Below, one piece after another: positions 38,939 to 49,677 of a stretch of DNA of 64,000 nucleotides (positions are counted from its first letter, which is position 1; every line of letters begins with the position of its first letter). Where the stretch lies: contig JAHPZA010000001.1 in NCBI GenBank assembly GCA_019058445.1, positions 128,001 through 192,000 of the forward strand. The letters are read 5' to 3'. Origin of the DNA: Promethearchaeota archaeon. GTDB lineage: Archaea; Asgardarchaeota; Lokiarchaeia; Sigyniarchaeales; SOKP01. A program made the position numbers and the translations under genes. The notes beneath the pieces were generated by a model. The model did not search any database and had not been told where the DNA came from. It worked only from the letters and a program-made list of their open reading frames with translations.

Positions 38939-39883
38939 TCAATTAAAAGTAGATTTTAATTGGTCATGAAATTTATTTAATTCGACTTTCATCTCATTGA
39001 TGCTTTTAAATGGGACGGAAATTCCTAAATAAAAGATATTTCTTCCATTTTGTAATTGTATCTCATATTTTTTAACATATTCTATATTTTCCTTGACAAA
39101 TGACAATCTTTCATCTATTGCTACTTGGTTATCAGTTAGTCTTTGAAAAAATTCCAAATCCTCGTTAATCTTATTGCTTATTAGTTCTTCGAAATCTCTT
39201 GAATCCATAGATTCATTATAATAATCTGAAATGATTAAACCGGTATCAGTATATAAAATTGCATGATTACAATGAAAATCTTGCACAATATTTCTTAATT
39301 TATCATTAATAGTTACCAAATTTAGCAATTTATTTAGTGAATAGGAAATCGCTTTTGACAAGGATGATATATCATAGATAGAAGTCTTAAAAAATTTAAA
39401 TTTCATATCTTTATTTTGACTTAATATGAGATTTTGAATCATGTCGATTCTATCAATGAATTCTTCATTGGTTTTATATTTTGGATCATATTTATTAAAG
39501 CATATAAGAATTTCATTAGAATAATCCATATTTCTATAAATATCTAAAAGTTCATGCAGATATCTTACTGATGCTTCAAATTTTAGCTCATCCTGGATAT
39601 CGATAAGGTAATATAAGTAATTGGTTTCTGTGAAATAAATGGGATTATTGACATAAATCTTTCGATATTTAGCTTGTCCTCCCATATCCCACAAATTTAT
39701 AGTCCAGTTGTTTAAAAAATCAAAAGAATTATAATCGATTTTTATCGTTGGTTTTAAATTTCTCACTTTTTCGTAAAAGTTATATTTTTTTCTTAAGGCT
39801 ATTAAAGCACTCGTTTTTCCTGCATTATCTAGGCCACTTATTACTATTTTTATGTCTTCCATTTTTACCGAATTATCTGCCAT
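38939..39883 (-). CDS. Arf/Rag-like small GTPase with C-terminal roadblock/longin-like domain
   Basis: GLDNAGKT, WDMGGQ, NKYD, TSIYD; C-terminal AILYTDTGLIISD. Confidence 0.85.
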   Translation of the reverse strand: MADNSVKMEDIKIVISGLDNAGKTSALIALRKKYNFYEKVRNLKPTIKIDYNSFDFLNNWTINLWDMGGQAKYRKIYVNNPIYFTETNYLYYLIDIQDELKFEASVRYLHELLDIYRNMDYSNEILICFNKYDPKYKTNEEFIDRIDMIQNLILSQNKDMKFKFFKTSIYDISSLSKAISYSLNKLLNLVTINDKLRNIVQDFHCNHAILYTDTGLIISDYYNESMDSRDFEELISNKINEDLEFFQRLTDNQVAIDERLSFVKENIEYVKKYEIQLQNGRNIFYLGISVPFKSINEMKVELNKFHDQLKSTFN

Positions 39884-40121
39884 TTTCGAGATTTAGTCAA
39901 GACTTTTTTTTTCTAAAGGAACATATGATTGTATAAATAGTTTAAGTTTTTTTATTTAATTTTTAGTATTTCTCAAAATAGAGTTTAAAGAGAAACAATG
40001 TGGAAAAAAAAAAGGGTAATATAATATGGAAGTTATAAGTTTATAAAGAATTGAGATCTAAAATTTAAAAAAACAAAGAAAAATAATTAATAGTATAGAT
40101 GAATAAATAAAGAGGATAAAT

Positions 40122-41150
40122 ATGGATTCAAAAGAGATAGATTTTTATTCGCTTGGTTTTAACTTTATTGAAACCAAAACTATGTTCGTTACAGATTATA
40201 AAGACGGTAAATGGACTGAGGGCAAGTTGGTTCCTTTTGGACCTTTCGAGATTTCACCAGGAGCTTGTGTATTAAACTATGGGCAAGGTATTTTTGAAGG
40301 TATGAAAGCTTTAAGAGCAAAAACAGGTCAAATTACATTATTTAGACCAGAAGAGAATGGAAAAAGGTTTAAAGATAGCGCAGAGAGAATGTTAATGCCT
40401 ACTTATGACGAGAATAAATTTGTGCAAGCAGTAAAGAAAGTAGTAAAAGCTAATGAAGAATATATACCCCCTTATGATAGTGGTGGAGCTTTGTATATTC
40501 GACCGTTAATGATCGGAAATGGACCAATTTTGGGTGTTGCTCCAGCTAATGAATATAAGTTCATAATTTTTACTGTTCCCGTAGGCCCATATTTCCCAGA
40601 AGGTTTTAAAGCAATCGATCTTGAGATTTCTAAGAAATATACTCGAGCGGCTCCTGGAGGAACTGGCTTTGCAAAAACATGCTGTAATTATGCACCAACA
40701 ATGAAACCGGCGAAAGAGACAAAAGCCAAAGGATTTGCTCAAGTTATTTATTTAGACGCCGTAGAAAGAGAATATATTGATGAGGTGGGGACTGCCAATT
40801 TTTTTGCGATTATAAATGGAAAACTTGCTTCACCTAAAGCAGCAGGAACGATACTACCGGGAATTACGCGTAAATCAGTATTAGAAATAGCTGAAAAGAA
40901 ACTTAACCTGACAGTTGAAGAGAGAGACATCTCTTATAAAGAATTATTTGAGGAGAGTTGTACTGAAGTATTTTGTACTGGAACAGCTGCGGTTATTACA
41001 CCAATAGGTTCAGTAGTATTAGAAGACAAGAAACGAGTATTTAATAATGGTGAACCTGGAAAATTAACCAAAAAACTCTACGATCTCTTAACTGGTATTC
41101 AGCGATTAGAAATTGAAGACGAATTTGGATGGGTTACAGTATTAGAATAA
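40122..41150 (+). CDS. ilvE: Branched-chain amino acid aminotransferase
   Basis: LNYGQGIFEGMKA, LYIRP, RAAPGGTG.AK, ILPGITR, GTAAVITP. Confidence 0.95.
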   Translation: MDSKEIDFYSLGFNFIETKTMFVTDYKDGKWTEGKLVPFGPFEISPGACVLNYGQGIFEGMKALRAKTGQITLFRPEENGKRFKDSAERMLMPTYDENKFVQAVKKVVKANEEYIPPYDSGGALYIRPLMIGNGPILGVAPANEYKFIIFTVPVGPYFPEGFKAIDLEISKKYTRAAPGGTGFAKTCCNYAPTMKPAKETKAKGFAQVIYLDAVEREYIDEVGTANFFAIINGKLASPKAAGTILPGITRKSVLEIAEKKLNLTVEERDISYKELFEESCTEVFCTGTAAVITPIGSVVLEDKKRVFNNGEPGKLTKKLYDLLTGIQRLEIEDEFGWVTVLE

Positions 41151-41339
41151 GTGTATTTTTTATAATCTTTTATTTTCTTTATTATTGGTTTACTTCTTTT
41201 ACGTATTATAAATTAAAATTTATTCCTTAGTTTTTAATTAACAATTAACTTAATTTGGAGTTAACCATATTCAATTATAATACCTTGTAAGGATAGGGGA
41301 TACAATTATAAGTAAAAACATATTTAAATAGGAAATTTT

Positions 41340-42770
41340 ATGGATATTGCTATTATAAACACTTGGTTAATAACTTTTGAAGGAAAAGGTTTAGGAATAA
41401 TTCAGAACGGGGGTATCGGAGTAGAAAATGAGAAAATTAGCTTTGTAGGTAAAATGGAAGATTTTAACTCATATAAAAAAGCTGATTTGATAATCGAAGG
41501 AAATAATACTCATGTTACAATGCCTGGATTGATTAATGGTCATACACATTCTGCTTTAACACTATGTCGTGGGACTGCTAATGATTTACCTGAAATAGAA
41601 TATATCCCAAAGGGACTTGGTATATTTGCTAGTCATTTAAAAGCTGAGGATATTATTCTGGGAACTAAACTTGCTGTCTTAGAAGGTTTAAAAACCGGGA
41701 CGACGACATTTACAGAATATGGAATAGGTTTATTAGATATTGTTAAGAAAGTCTTCTTACCGTTTAAAGCTCGAGTTGTGGCTACAGAAATGATAAGTGA
41801 ATTAAACTTTAATGAAGAAAAAAAGCCAAATGAGCTTTATACTTTTTATAAGTATTTAGGAACAAATGCATTTAAGCGTGCTATTAGATTATACAAGGAA
41901 TTCAAAAATAACGATCTTATTTCTGTGATGTATGGTCCAAATGCGTTGGATATGGTTTCAATGGAAATGATAAAAAATGTCAAGAATCAAGCAGCTGTAG
42001 ATGGAACAAAAATACATATGCACATTGCACAGGGAGGGAGGGAACGCGTTCAAATTACAAAGCGTTATGGAAAAAATATGACTGCCATAAAATTACTTAA
42101 GAAAAATGGTTTATTAGATCCAAGACTTATAGCAGCTCATATTCATGATACTACTGAAGCGGAGAGAGAACAGTTGGTAAAAAAAGGAGTTAAAATGGTG
42201 GGCTGTCCTAGCTCAATTTCCAAAATTGACGGAATGATTCCTCCTTTAGCCAGTTATATTAAATTAGGAGGAAATGCTGCTTTAGGTACCGATGAAGCTC
42301 CAGGAACCGGGCATCATAATTTATTTAACGAGATAAAAATGGCTAGTATTTTATCTAAAGTCGCCTTTAAAGATCCCACTGCGATGCCGCCATGGGAATC
42401 CATGAAATTGGCAACAATTTCAGGTGCCAACGTACTCGGACTTGGAACTGAAATTGGGAGTCTAAGTGTGGGAAAAAATGCTGATATTATAACTATTAAC
42501 TTGCATCATGCTCATTTAACACCTATCATTCATAAACCGTTTATCAATTTGATCGCAAACTTAGTTTATTCAAGTAAAGGAAACGAAGTAGATAATGTTA
42601 TCATCGCAGGAAAACCTATTATTATTCATGGCAAATTTCGTGAGATAGATGAGGATTTAATTGTTAATAAAGCAAATAAACGTGCTCAAGATCTTTTTGA
42701 AAATATCTCAGAAGATTGGGAAAAAGCAGGTTCAAAAATGGTTTCCTATCATAAGCAGGGGTACATATAA
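41340..42770 (+). CDS. Amidohydrolase family protein (MTA/SAH deaminase-like)
   Basis: PGLINGHTH, HMHIAQ, AAH, LGTD, GSLSVGKNAD. Confidence 0.85.
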   Translation: MDIAIINTWLITFEGKGLGIIQNGGIGVENEKISFVGKMEDFNSYKKADLIIEGNNTHVTMPGLINGHTHSALTLCRGTANDLPEIEYIPKGLGIFASHLKAEDIILGTKLAVLEGLKTGTTTFTEYGIGLLDIVKKVFLPFKARVVATEMISELNFNEEKKPNELYTFYKYLGTNAFKRAIRLYKEFKNNDLISVMYGPNALDMVSMEMIKNVKNQAAVDGTKIHMHIAQGGRERVQITKRYGKNMTAIKLLKKNGLLDPRLIAAHIHDTTEAEREQLVKKGVKMVGCPSSISKIDGMIPPLASYIKLGGNAALGTDEAPGTGHHNLFNEIKMASILSKVAFKDPTAMPPWESMKLATISGANVLGLGTEIGSLSVGKNADIITINLHHAHLTPIIHKPFINLIANLVYSSKGNEVDNVIIAGKPIIIHGKFREIDEDLIVNKANKRAQDLFENISEDWEKAGSKMVSYHKQGYI

Positions 42771-42786
42771 TACATCCTTCCGCTTT

Positions 42787-43056
42787 TTAACCCCATTCAC
42801 TTTTATATCCTGTTCCGCCTTGAGGCCAATTAAAGTTAATTGCTCCTTCTACACAGACATACCAGCATGAGGCGCATTCCATGCATGTCTCGAGACTTTT
42901 TATGTGAGCTTTCTGGCTTATTATCTCAAAACAGCTCCCCAAACAAACTTTTATGCAGTTTGCACAACCGGTACATTTTTCATCGTTTATCTTTATAAAA
43001 TCACCAGTACCTTCTACCCATTCTACACCTGGGAATTTATCGGATGTCCTAACCAT
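42787..43056 (-). CDS. Ferredoxin (FixX-like); start placed at ATG 43056
   Basis: CTGCANCIKVC and CMECASCWYVC; PQGGTG C-terminus; overlaps the upstream stop with a GAGGTG RBS. Confidence 0.88.
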   Translation of the reverse strand: MVRTSDKFPGVEWVEGTGDFIKINDEKCTGCANCIKVCLGSCFEIISQKAHIKSLETCMECASCWYVCVEGAINFNWPQGGTGYKSEWG

Positions 43057-44728
43057 GTACAGCACCTCTCTTATAATCTGGAACCTTAAAAATTTCTGGA
43101 TCGGCCTTTTTAACAAACTCAATCAACCTTTTACTTAATTTTTCTGAAATAGGGTCCATTAAACTCACTAGTTTTAGAAGTCTTGGTTCCATCTTGGGAA
43201 GTTTTTTACTAAGATAAGAGTTTGCATTGTCAGCTAAATTGATTAAGGTTTTTGTATATAATTTTTTGAACACACTAAATAATTTTACCCATAAATTGAT
43301 TAATTTTAAACCAGTAAGAAATAAAGATTGTTTAAATAGGGGTCTATGGTGTGTTTTCTCTTGATATGTCTTTGTTTTGAAATCATAAATCCAATTCTGG
43401 TAATATCTGAAGTACATTTTCATCCATTTCGTAAGAATAGTGGGATCATCTCTTATAAATAAGAAAGCTAATCTTAGAAATGGAGTTGTAAAATAAGTAA
43501 GAGATCCAAGCCCCCATCCATCATGTATATATTTTTTAAGTTTCTCCTCATCATGTTCCCTTTGTGCTATCCGAAGATTATATCTATTTTTCGCCGATAT
43601 GGACCATTGAATTATGGGATGTTTTTTTATTTTTTCATTATATTTACTTAAAAATGATTTAGAAGTATCATTTGCTCGAATCGCTTTAATGGCAATTTCC
43701 GCGGCAATTTCTGCGGAAAACCATGCTGCGGGAACTCCATCGCATAATTCAGTACCCTCAAGTCCCGCTACATCACCGATTAAAATCATTCCATTCGTAT
43801 AATTTGGATAGTTCCTTAATGTACTATTAAGACCAACATATATTTCAAATCCTTCCCACATCCTTGCTCTTAGTTTTATACGGGGAGCAACCAAATTTTT
43901 CCACCATGGTAGTTTAGATGTGATATTCTTATGATACTCGTCAAAAAGTTTTTTCAGATTTGGTACGATTTTTTGATCGGTTCGTAAACATTGGTCTTGC
44001 ATAAAATGAAGGCTATTCCTATAGGGCCAAACCATAAGACCATTTCCGTAACCCAGTGGGGGTGCAATTTTTTGTTCATCCCAACCCCAACACATTTTCA
44101 CAGTATACCCGAAAATTTTATCTATATTTTCTTTAGCCATTTCATAGTCGTAAGTGTCTGCCAATGAAATTGTTTCTGGAGGATATTTTTCTCTAACACC
44201 GGCTTTTATAGCTAATAACCCTTGACTACCTTCGGCGTCAATGACAATCTTAGATCTTATTTGTTCTCCCTTATCCGTTATAACTCCCTTAATAAAACCT
44301 TCTTCTTTTATAAAATCTACTACCGTAGTGGAAGTTTTCAACGTCGCTCCCGCCTGTATAGCTTTTTTAGCTTCCCATTGACAGAAAGGTTTGCAGTAAG
44401 TATTATACCCAAATGCAACTATCGGGGATAACGGTTTTGGGACTCTAAGAGAATCATCTATATCTATAATTCCGTTTTCAATATCCTTAATAATATAATT
44501 AATAATTCCGTCAGAGGGCCTTTCAAAGGGGGGATTTCCATCTCTAATGAATGCGGGACCGAATATAAAGCCGTAAAATGGTATTGTCAATCCGGATATT
44601 ACTTTATCCCCCACATTTTCCGATCTTTCAATCAATAAGGTCTTTAAACCTGCATCAGCACATAGTTTAGCGGCAACTGGTCCTCCAAATCCCGCTCCTA
44701 CAACAATGATATCATATTCTTTATTCAT
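43049..44728 (-). CDS. FAD-dependent oxidoreductase (FixC/geranylgeranyl reductase family)
   Basis: DIIVVGAGFGG, DAEG and LIGDVAG motifs; coupled to the ferredoxin. Confidence 0.85.
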   Translation of the reverse strand: MNKEYDIIVVGAGFGGPVAAKLCADAGLKTLLIERSENVGDKVISGLTIPFYGFIFGPAFIRDGNPPFERPSDGIINYIIKDIENGIIDIDDSLRVPKPLSPIVAFGYNTYCKPFCQWEAKKAIQAGATLKTSTTVVDFIKEEGFIKGVITDKGEQIRSKIVIDAEGSQGLLAIKAGVREKYPPETISLADTYDYEMAKENIDKIFGYTVKMCWGWDEQKIAPPLGYGNGLMVWPYRNSLHFMQDQCLRTDQKIVPNLKKLFDEYHKNITSKLPWWKNLVAPRIKLRARMWEGFEIYVGLNSTLRNYPNYTNGMILIGDVAGLEGTELCDGVPAAWFSAEIAAEIAIKAIRANDTSKSFLSKYNEKIKKHPIIQWSISAKNRYNLRIAQREHDEEKLKKYIHDGWGLGSLTYFTTPFLRLAFLFIRDDPTILTKWMKMYFRYYQNWIYDFKTKTYQEKTHHRPLFKQSLFLTGLKLINLWVKLFSVFKKLYTKTLINLADNANSYLSKKLPKMEPRLLKLVSLMDPISEKLSKRLIEFVKKADPEIFKVPDYKRGAVHG

Positions 44729-44903
44729 GGTATTGCATTCTTCATTATCTAAATTATATAGAATTTAATTGTTTTCTTATATAAAATGTATCTTTAAATT
44801 ATCAATTTCTAGAGTAAAACGGTTAAACTTCAAAAATTAAAGTTAAAATACAAATAATAAGAATTTCAATACTATCTGGCTTAAGTACTCATTTCTCTTG
44901 TAT

Positions 44904-46004
44904 TTAAATAGCATCGGGACCAACAGTTCTTATTAATCTTTTCATATCATCTTCTTTTTTAGCAAATATGCCTATATTTCCGATCCTAACTTTCTTTAGA
45001 CCTAATTTTTTTACTGCTTTATATGTATCTAAAATTTCGGTTAAAGTTGGTGGTCGAAAATCTTTTAATTTGTACTGCGGGAAAAATGCTAAAATGTGGA
45101 AAGGTATATTCTCATCTATTTCTACTATTAACTGTGCTATCTTCTCAAATTGCTCAATTTCAACCAAATCTGGAATATATACTGTAAGAATCTCTAAGAT
45201 AAAGTTACGAGATAGGATTTCTTTAGGACTTTTCAATACAGATTTATTAGAAGTACCACATAATTTTTTATAAATATTTTCATCAAAAGCTTTAATATCT
45301 AACCAATAGGAATCTAAACCGACTTTTTGCAATAGATCTAAATTTTTTGGAGTTAAACCATATCCATTGGTTTCTAATAATACCCATATATTTTTACATA
45401 TCCTCTTGATTTTTTGGCTAGCTTCAGCATAAAAGTTTGCTTGGCATGCAATATCTCCTCCTGTAAATGCAACTATATTCCTTGCAGGTCCGATTCCTCC
45501 TTGTGAAATAACAATCTGATCTTGGGAGATTTTATTAGGACAGAGCGGACTCCTCTTATTAAATAAGATGCATGCTCCGCAGTGTTTGCACGAATCAGTC
45601 GCATAATACATTAAAGCTCTTTCTCTGGGTTCCCATACTGTGACTGATTTTTCGTATTCTTCGCATGCGAGGGCTATCTCATCTGTGGAATACCATTCCC
45701 CAGAATAAAATTTACTAAATTCCCATGAGTGACATTTTAAACAGTTATGATTGCATCCAGATTGGTAAATCGAGAAATAATCTTCGGGTCGTGATAAATG
45801 CATCGATTTTATTAACCTATAATAGGTATTATTTTCATACTTCAGAGTTGCCACGCAAGCTGGTTGAATAGTATTATCTTTTAATGTGACCTCACATGCA
45901 CCTTGAGGATAGCCCTGTTTGACCATATTGCAGTACGAAAATGAATTTTCCATGACAGTAAATTGTTGTATAATTATTATTTTGTCGATACAAAAAATGA
46001 TCAT
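44904..46004 (-). CDS. Radical SAM protein (PFL-activase-like); start probably ATG at 45953
   Basis: GCNHNCLKCHS, FTGGD, ETNGYG, LDIKA, FFPQY. Confidence 0.85.
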   Translation of the reverse strand: MIIFCIDKIIIIQQFTVMENSFSYCNMVKQGYPQGACEVTLKDNTIQPACVATLKYENNTYYRLIKSMHLSRPEDYFSIYQSGCNHNCLKCHSWEFSKFYSGEWYSTDEIALACEEYEKSVTVWEPRERALMYYATDSCKHCGACILFNKRSPLCPNKISQDQIVISQGGIGPARNIVAFTGGDIACQANFYAEASQKIKRICKNIWVLLETNGYGLTPKNLDLLQKVGLDSYWLDIKAFDENIYKKLCGTSNKSVLKSPKEILSRNFILEILTVYIPDLVEIEQFEKIAQLIVEIDENIPFHILAFFPQYKLKDFRPPTLTEILDTYKAVKKLGLKKVRIGNIGIFAKKEDDMKRLIRTVGPDAI

Positions 46005-46044
46005 ATTTGAATGGAAATTAATCTAATATAGATAAAGAGGTTAA

Positions 46045-46713
46045 TTAAAAGTTATCATACTTTTCCATGTCTTCCAATTTATACACGCCAAACCGCTCTG
46101 TCCTTTTTCTTCTTAATGTTTCCCATCCTGCCCTAGTTCCTTTAATGCATAATTGGGTTTTGTATATCTTCATTATCTCGTATAATTTTTCACGGTATTT
46201 AGCGATATTTATTTTGATTTGTTTTTCTTTAGGAGACACTGAATAATAAACGTAATATTCTGCATCCAATTCAAGCTCCTTTCCGGCAGTTTTGGCGATT
46301 ATATGGGTGGCTTTATGATCGGGATGGCTTTTTATATCCCCCGGTAACACTATCCGGTTTGCATCCTTAATGATTTCTTTGGATAAGGAGACTGCTAAAT
46401 CTATGTTATTCATAGCGTCTTGATCATGTATTTTTAGGAGATGAACGTTATCCGGTAAAAGGCCTAACGCACTTGCCGCATCTTCAGCCTCTTTAAGAGC
46501 AATATCGGCAATTTGATTTTCATTGAGATCTTTATATTCATCTATTTCCCCAACAACTAATTCATTCGCTTTTAAACCCCATGAGATTAAAACTCTATTG
46601 TCGGTCACATAAATAATATGGACCTCCTGTTTTTCTTCTATCCATTTTAATATACTTCCACCACATCCATAAATTTCATCATCAGGATGGGGTGCAAACA
46701 CTACAATTTTCAT
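46045..46713 (-). CDS. PIG-L family deacetylase
   Basis: APHPDDE and HPDH motifs. Confidence 0.9.
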   Translation of the reverse strand: MKIVVFAPHPDDEIYGCGGSILKWIEEKQEVHIIYVTDNRVLISWGLKANELVVGEIDEYKDLNENQIADIALKEAEDAASALGLLPDNVHLLKIHDQDAMNNIDLAVSLSKEIIKDANRIVLPGDIKSHPDHKATHIIAKTAGKELELDAEYYVYYSVSPKEKQIKINIAKYREKLYEIMKIYKTQLCIKGTRAGWETLRRKRTERFGVYKLEDMEKYDNF

Positions 46714-46835
46714 GATTTATTGAGTAATATTTCTTTAGAATGATCTTTAAAATTTATAATGATTTTTAGATATTAGGAAGTTTTAATTTAAAAAGAGAAG
46801 ATAGTATATATTGTAATTCTATTCAGAGTTATAAC

Positions 46836-47828
46836 ATGAAACCGATTTTAGGCATTTTATTAGGAGAAGCTACAGGTATAGGTCCTGAGGTTGTATCTCA
46901 AGTTTGTGCTAAACATGAAATATTAGCTTATTGTAAGCCAATTTTGATTGGGGATCTTCGTGTATTAAGGGCTGGTATGAATATATCTGGCATAGATTTT
47001 ACTGTTAATGTAATTGATGATATTAAACAAGCTGATTGGACGGATTCTATTCCAATTTTAGACCAAAAAAATATTGATCCTGCTAATATTAAGATGGGTC
47101 AGATAGATGCAAAGTCGGGTAAAGCAACTGGTGAATTATTTGAAACCGCATTAAAACTTTTTAATAATGGAGATATCCACGGCTTTACTTTTGCTCCCTA
47201 CAATAAAGCCGCATTAGAATATGGAGGATTTGATATTTTTAAGCTATTTGCCCGTAATTTGAAAGTAAATTGGCCTTTTGGTGAATTAAATACAGTAAAT
47301 AATGTATGGGTTTCAAGAGTCACGAGCCATATTCCATTAAAAGATGTTTCAAAACGTTTGACTGTTAAAAATATTGTTGGTGCTATAAAACTTGTCAATG
47401 ACACAATGATTTTAACGGGTATTGATCAACCTCGAATAGCTGTAGCTGCATTGAATCCCCATGCTGGAGAGGATGGATTATTTGGAAAAGAGGAAATTGA
47501 AGTAATAATCCCCGCGATTGATAAAGCAAATGAAGAGGGGATTAATGCAAAGGGTCCTTTTCCAGCAGATACACTTTTCATGAACGCATTTAAGGGATTA
47601 TATAATGGAATTACCACAATGTACCATGATCAAGGGCAAATTGCTCTTAAATTAGTGAATTTTGAATCAGCAGTTACGGTTGTAGCTGGTTTGTCCTGCC
47701 CGATTACAACTCCCGCACATGGAACTGCGTTTGATATAGTTGGAAAAGGGGTTGCGGATCCTAGTGCGATGCAAAATGCGATTAAAATCGCAGCTGAAAT
47801 GGCAATTCACATGTCAAAAAATTTCTGA
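46836..47828 (+). CDS. pdxA: PdxA family dehydrogenase
   Basis: GIGPEV, LNPHAGE, GPFPADT, MYHDQG, HGTAFDI. Confidence 0.9.
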   Translation: MKPILGILLGEATGIGPEVVSQVCAKHEILAYCKPILIGDLRVLRAGMNISGIDFTVNVIDDIKQADWTDSIPILDQKNIDPANIKMGQIDAKSGKATGELFETALKLFNNGDIHGFTFAPYNKAALEYGGFDIFKLFARNLKVNWPFGELNTVNNVWVSRVTSHIPLKDVSKRLTVKNIVGAIKLVNDTMILTGIDQPRIAVAALNPHAGEDGLFGKEEIEVIIPAIDKANEEGINAKGPFPADTLFMNAFKGLYNGITTMYHDQGQIALKLVNFESAVTVVAGLSCPITTPAHGTAFDIVGKGVADPSAMQNAIKIAAEMAIHMSKNF

Positions 47829-47845
47829 AGTTTGAGGGGTATCTA

Positions 47846-48352
47846 ATGGTTGAAAGAGTGTTAGTTATAGGGGATACTCATATTTCAAAATTTAAGGATC
47901 TACCTGAAAAAATGATACAATTAATTCAAGACGCAGATTGGGTGATTCATGTAGGTGATTATACCTCTATCGATGTATTATTAGGATTTATTAAGCTTAA
48001 AGGGCCAAAATTCAGAGGAGTATATGGAAATGCAGATCCTATGAAAATCAGAGAGCGAGTATTGGCAAAAGATATTATAGAGATATCCCAAAAAAGGTTA
48101 GGAATTACTCATCCAGCAGCGGGAGGTACATATGAAAATACCAAAAAAAAAGTGATCAAAGCATTTAAAGATTATGAAGTAGATGCCATAATCTACGGAC
48201 ATACTCATGACCCACTTATTGAAGACTGTAATGGGATCTTATTAGTCAATCCAGGAAAAGGTTATTTAGAAGAAAGTTATTTTGGATCTCCAACTTCAGT
48301 GGCGATCCTTACTATAGAAAAAAGAATTTCAGGAACAATTGAGATTATTTAA
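47846..48352 (+). CDS. Metallophosphoesterase (YfcE/Vps29-like)
   Basis: GDTH, HVGD, GNAD, GHTH and NPG motifs. Confidence 0.9.
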   Translation: MVERVLVIGDTHISKFKDLPEKMIQLIQDADWVIHVGDYTSIDVLLGFIKLKGPKFRGVYGNADPMKIRERVLAKDIIEISQKRLGITHPAAGGTYENTKKKVIKAFKDYEVDAIIYGHTHDPLIEDCNGILLVNPGKGYLEESYFGSPTSVAILTIEKRISGTIEII

Positions 48353-48500
48353 TTATTATGCATATTCTCCAGCGTATTTTAAATCGATCTTTTGACAAAA
48401 TTTTCGATTTTAAGGGTAATTATAAAAAGTTTAAAAACTGAGAAATCGTAATATGTGTATAAATAATATTTTTAATATAAAAAAAAAGTGAATTTGAAAA

Positions 48501-49211
48501 TTGCTCTCTCTAATCGGTTGGCTTGATGGATTAACTGCATTGATAGTCGTTTTAATCGGAGTAATAATTGGATTGATATCTATTTATAAATCAGTTAAAA
48601 TGGAAGCTAAGCTATTACGTATTACAGGAATCGCTACTTTGTCTGCAGGTTTTACACTATTAGGACCAGCAGTAGACTTTCTTACAATTTTAATGACTGG
48701 GGATAATATCGAACCTTATTGGTTATATGGGCTATTAAGTTACATGTGGAGTGCTCCCCTAACCATCTCTGGGCTGTATGTGGGTGCAGAGCTAATTTTA
48801 CCCGATAAAAAGAAAGTCATAATAGCTATATTTACTGTGTTATCCTTGATTTTTGAAGTTTTACTATTTTATTACACTTTTACAAATCCTCATTTAATTT
48901 ACGAATTTCCCCCGGATCCTCAAGGAAATGCTTTATTAAACACGAGTCTTGTGATTAGATCTCCAGTATTTATTTTATTACTGATTTTTCTTATTTCAGG
49001 ACTTATATTTAATGGATTTGGTTTTTTAAATAAGAGCTTTCAATCTTCTGGTGAAATTAAAAGGAAGTTTTTTTATTTATCATTGGGTTGGATATTATTT
49101 ATTGTTTGTGGGGCATTGGATGGTTTAATTGATCCTGGTGTGGCAATTTTTCTTATTAGAACTGGAACAATGATAAGTATAATTCTAATGTATTTAGGTA
49201 TTAAATCCTAA
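48501..49211 (+). CDS. Multi-pass (~7 TM) membrane protein, paralogue of 49678-50382
   Basis: About seven hydrophobic segments; shares IGWLDGLTA, GLLSY.W.AP and FLIR.G with its paralogue. Confidence 0.8.
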   Translation: MLSLIGWLDGLTALIVVLIGVIIGLISIYKSVKMEAKLLRITGIATLSAGFTLLGPAVDFLTILMTGDNIEPYWLYGLLSYMWSAPLTISGLYVGAELILPDKKKVIIAIFTVLSLIFEVLLFYYTFTNPHLIYEFPPDPQGNALLNTSLVIRSPVFILLLIFLISGLIFNGFGFLNKSFQSSGEIKRKFFYLSLGWILFIVCGALDGLIDPGVAIFLIRTGTMISIILMYLGIKS

Positions 49212-49264
49212 TACCTATCCTAATCCAAACTACAAACCCTTTTTTTTTATTACTCAAAATGTTT

Positions 49265-49480
49265 TTATTTTAGGCTTTCTGAGACAACAACAATTTCTGA
49301 GGTAGGAATATGATATATACATTCAGTATACTCAGTTTTCTCTCTTAAAGTCACAACTTCATTTGTGAGAGTTTCCAATATTCCAGAAAACCAGCTTCTC
49401 TCACTCAAATCTCTTACATACACCGAAATTTTCTTCGTTTTTAAATTTTCAAGTATTGATTTTATAACCATTTTGATCAC
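49265..49480 (-). CDS. Small protein, possible Sm/LSm-like fold
   Basis: KKISVY...FSGIL...VTL...YHIPTSEI pattern; GGTGA RBS upstream. Confidence 0.6.
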   Translation of the reverse strand: MIKMVIKSILENLKTKKISVYVRDLSERSWFSGILETLTNEVVTLREKTEYTECIYHIPTSEIVVVSESLK

Positions 49481-49677
49481 CTAATCAATTATTTATTTTT
49501 TGATATCAAATTGCCATTAGATAAGATTCAAATATCTTTAATTAATCTATTTGATCTCTTTTCATTTAAAAATCAAAAAATAAGGATGGATGATTAAGGT
49601 TTTCCTATAAGAATTGCTTTATTTTTATAAAAAACAATAATTAAAAATTAGAAAAAAATTGGAGATTATTATCTATT

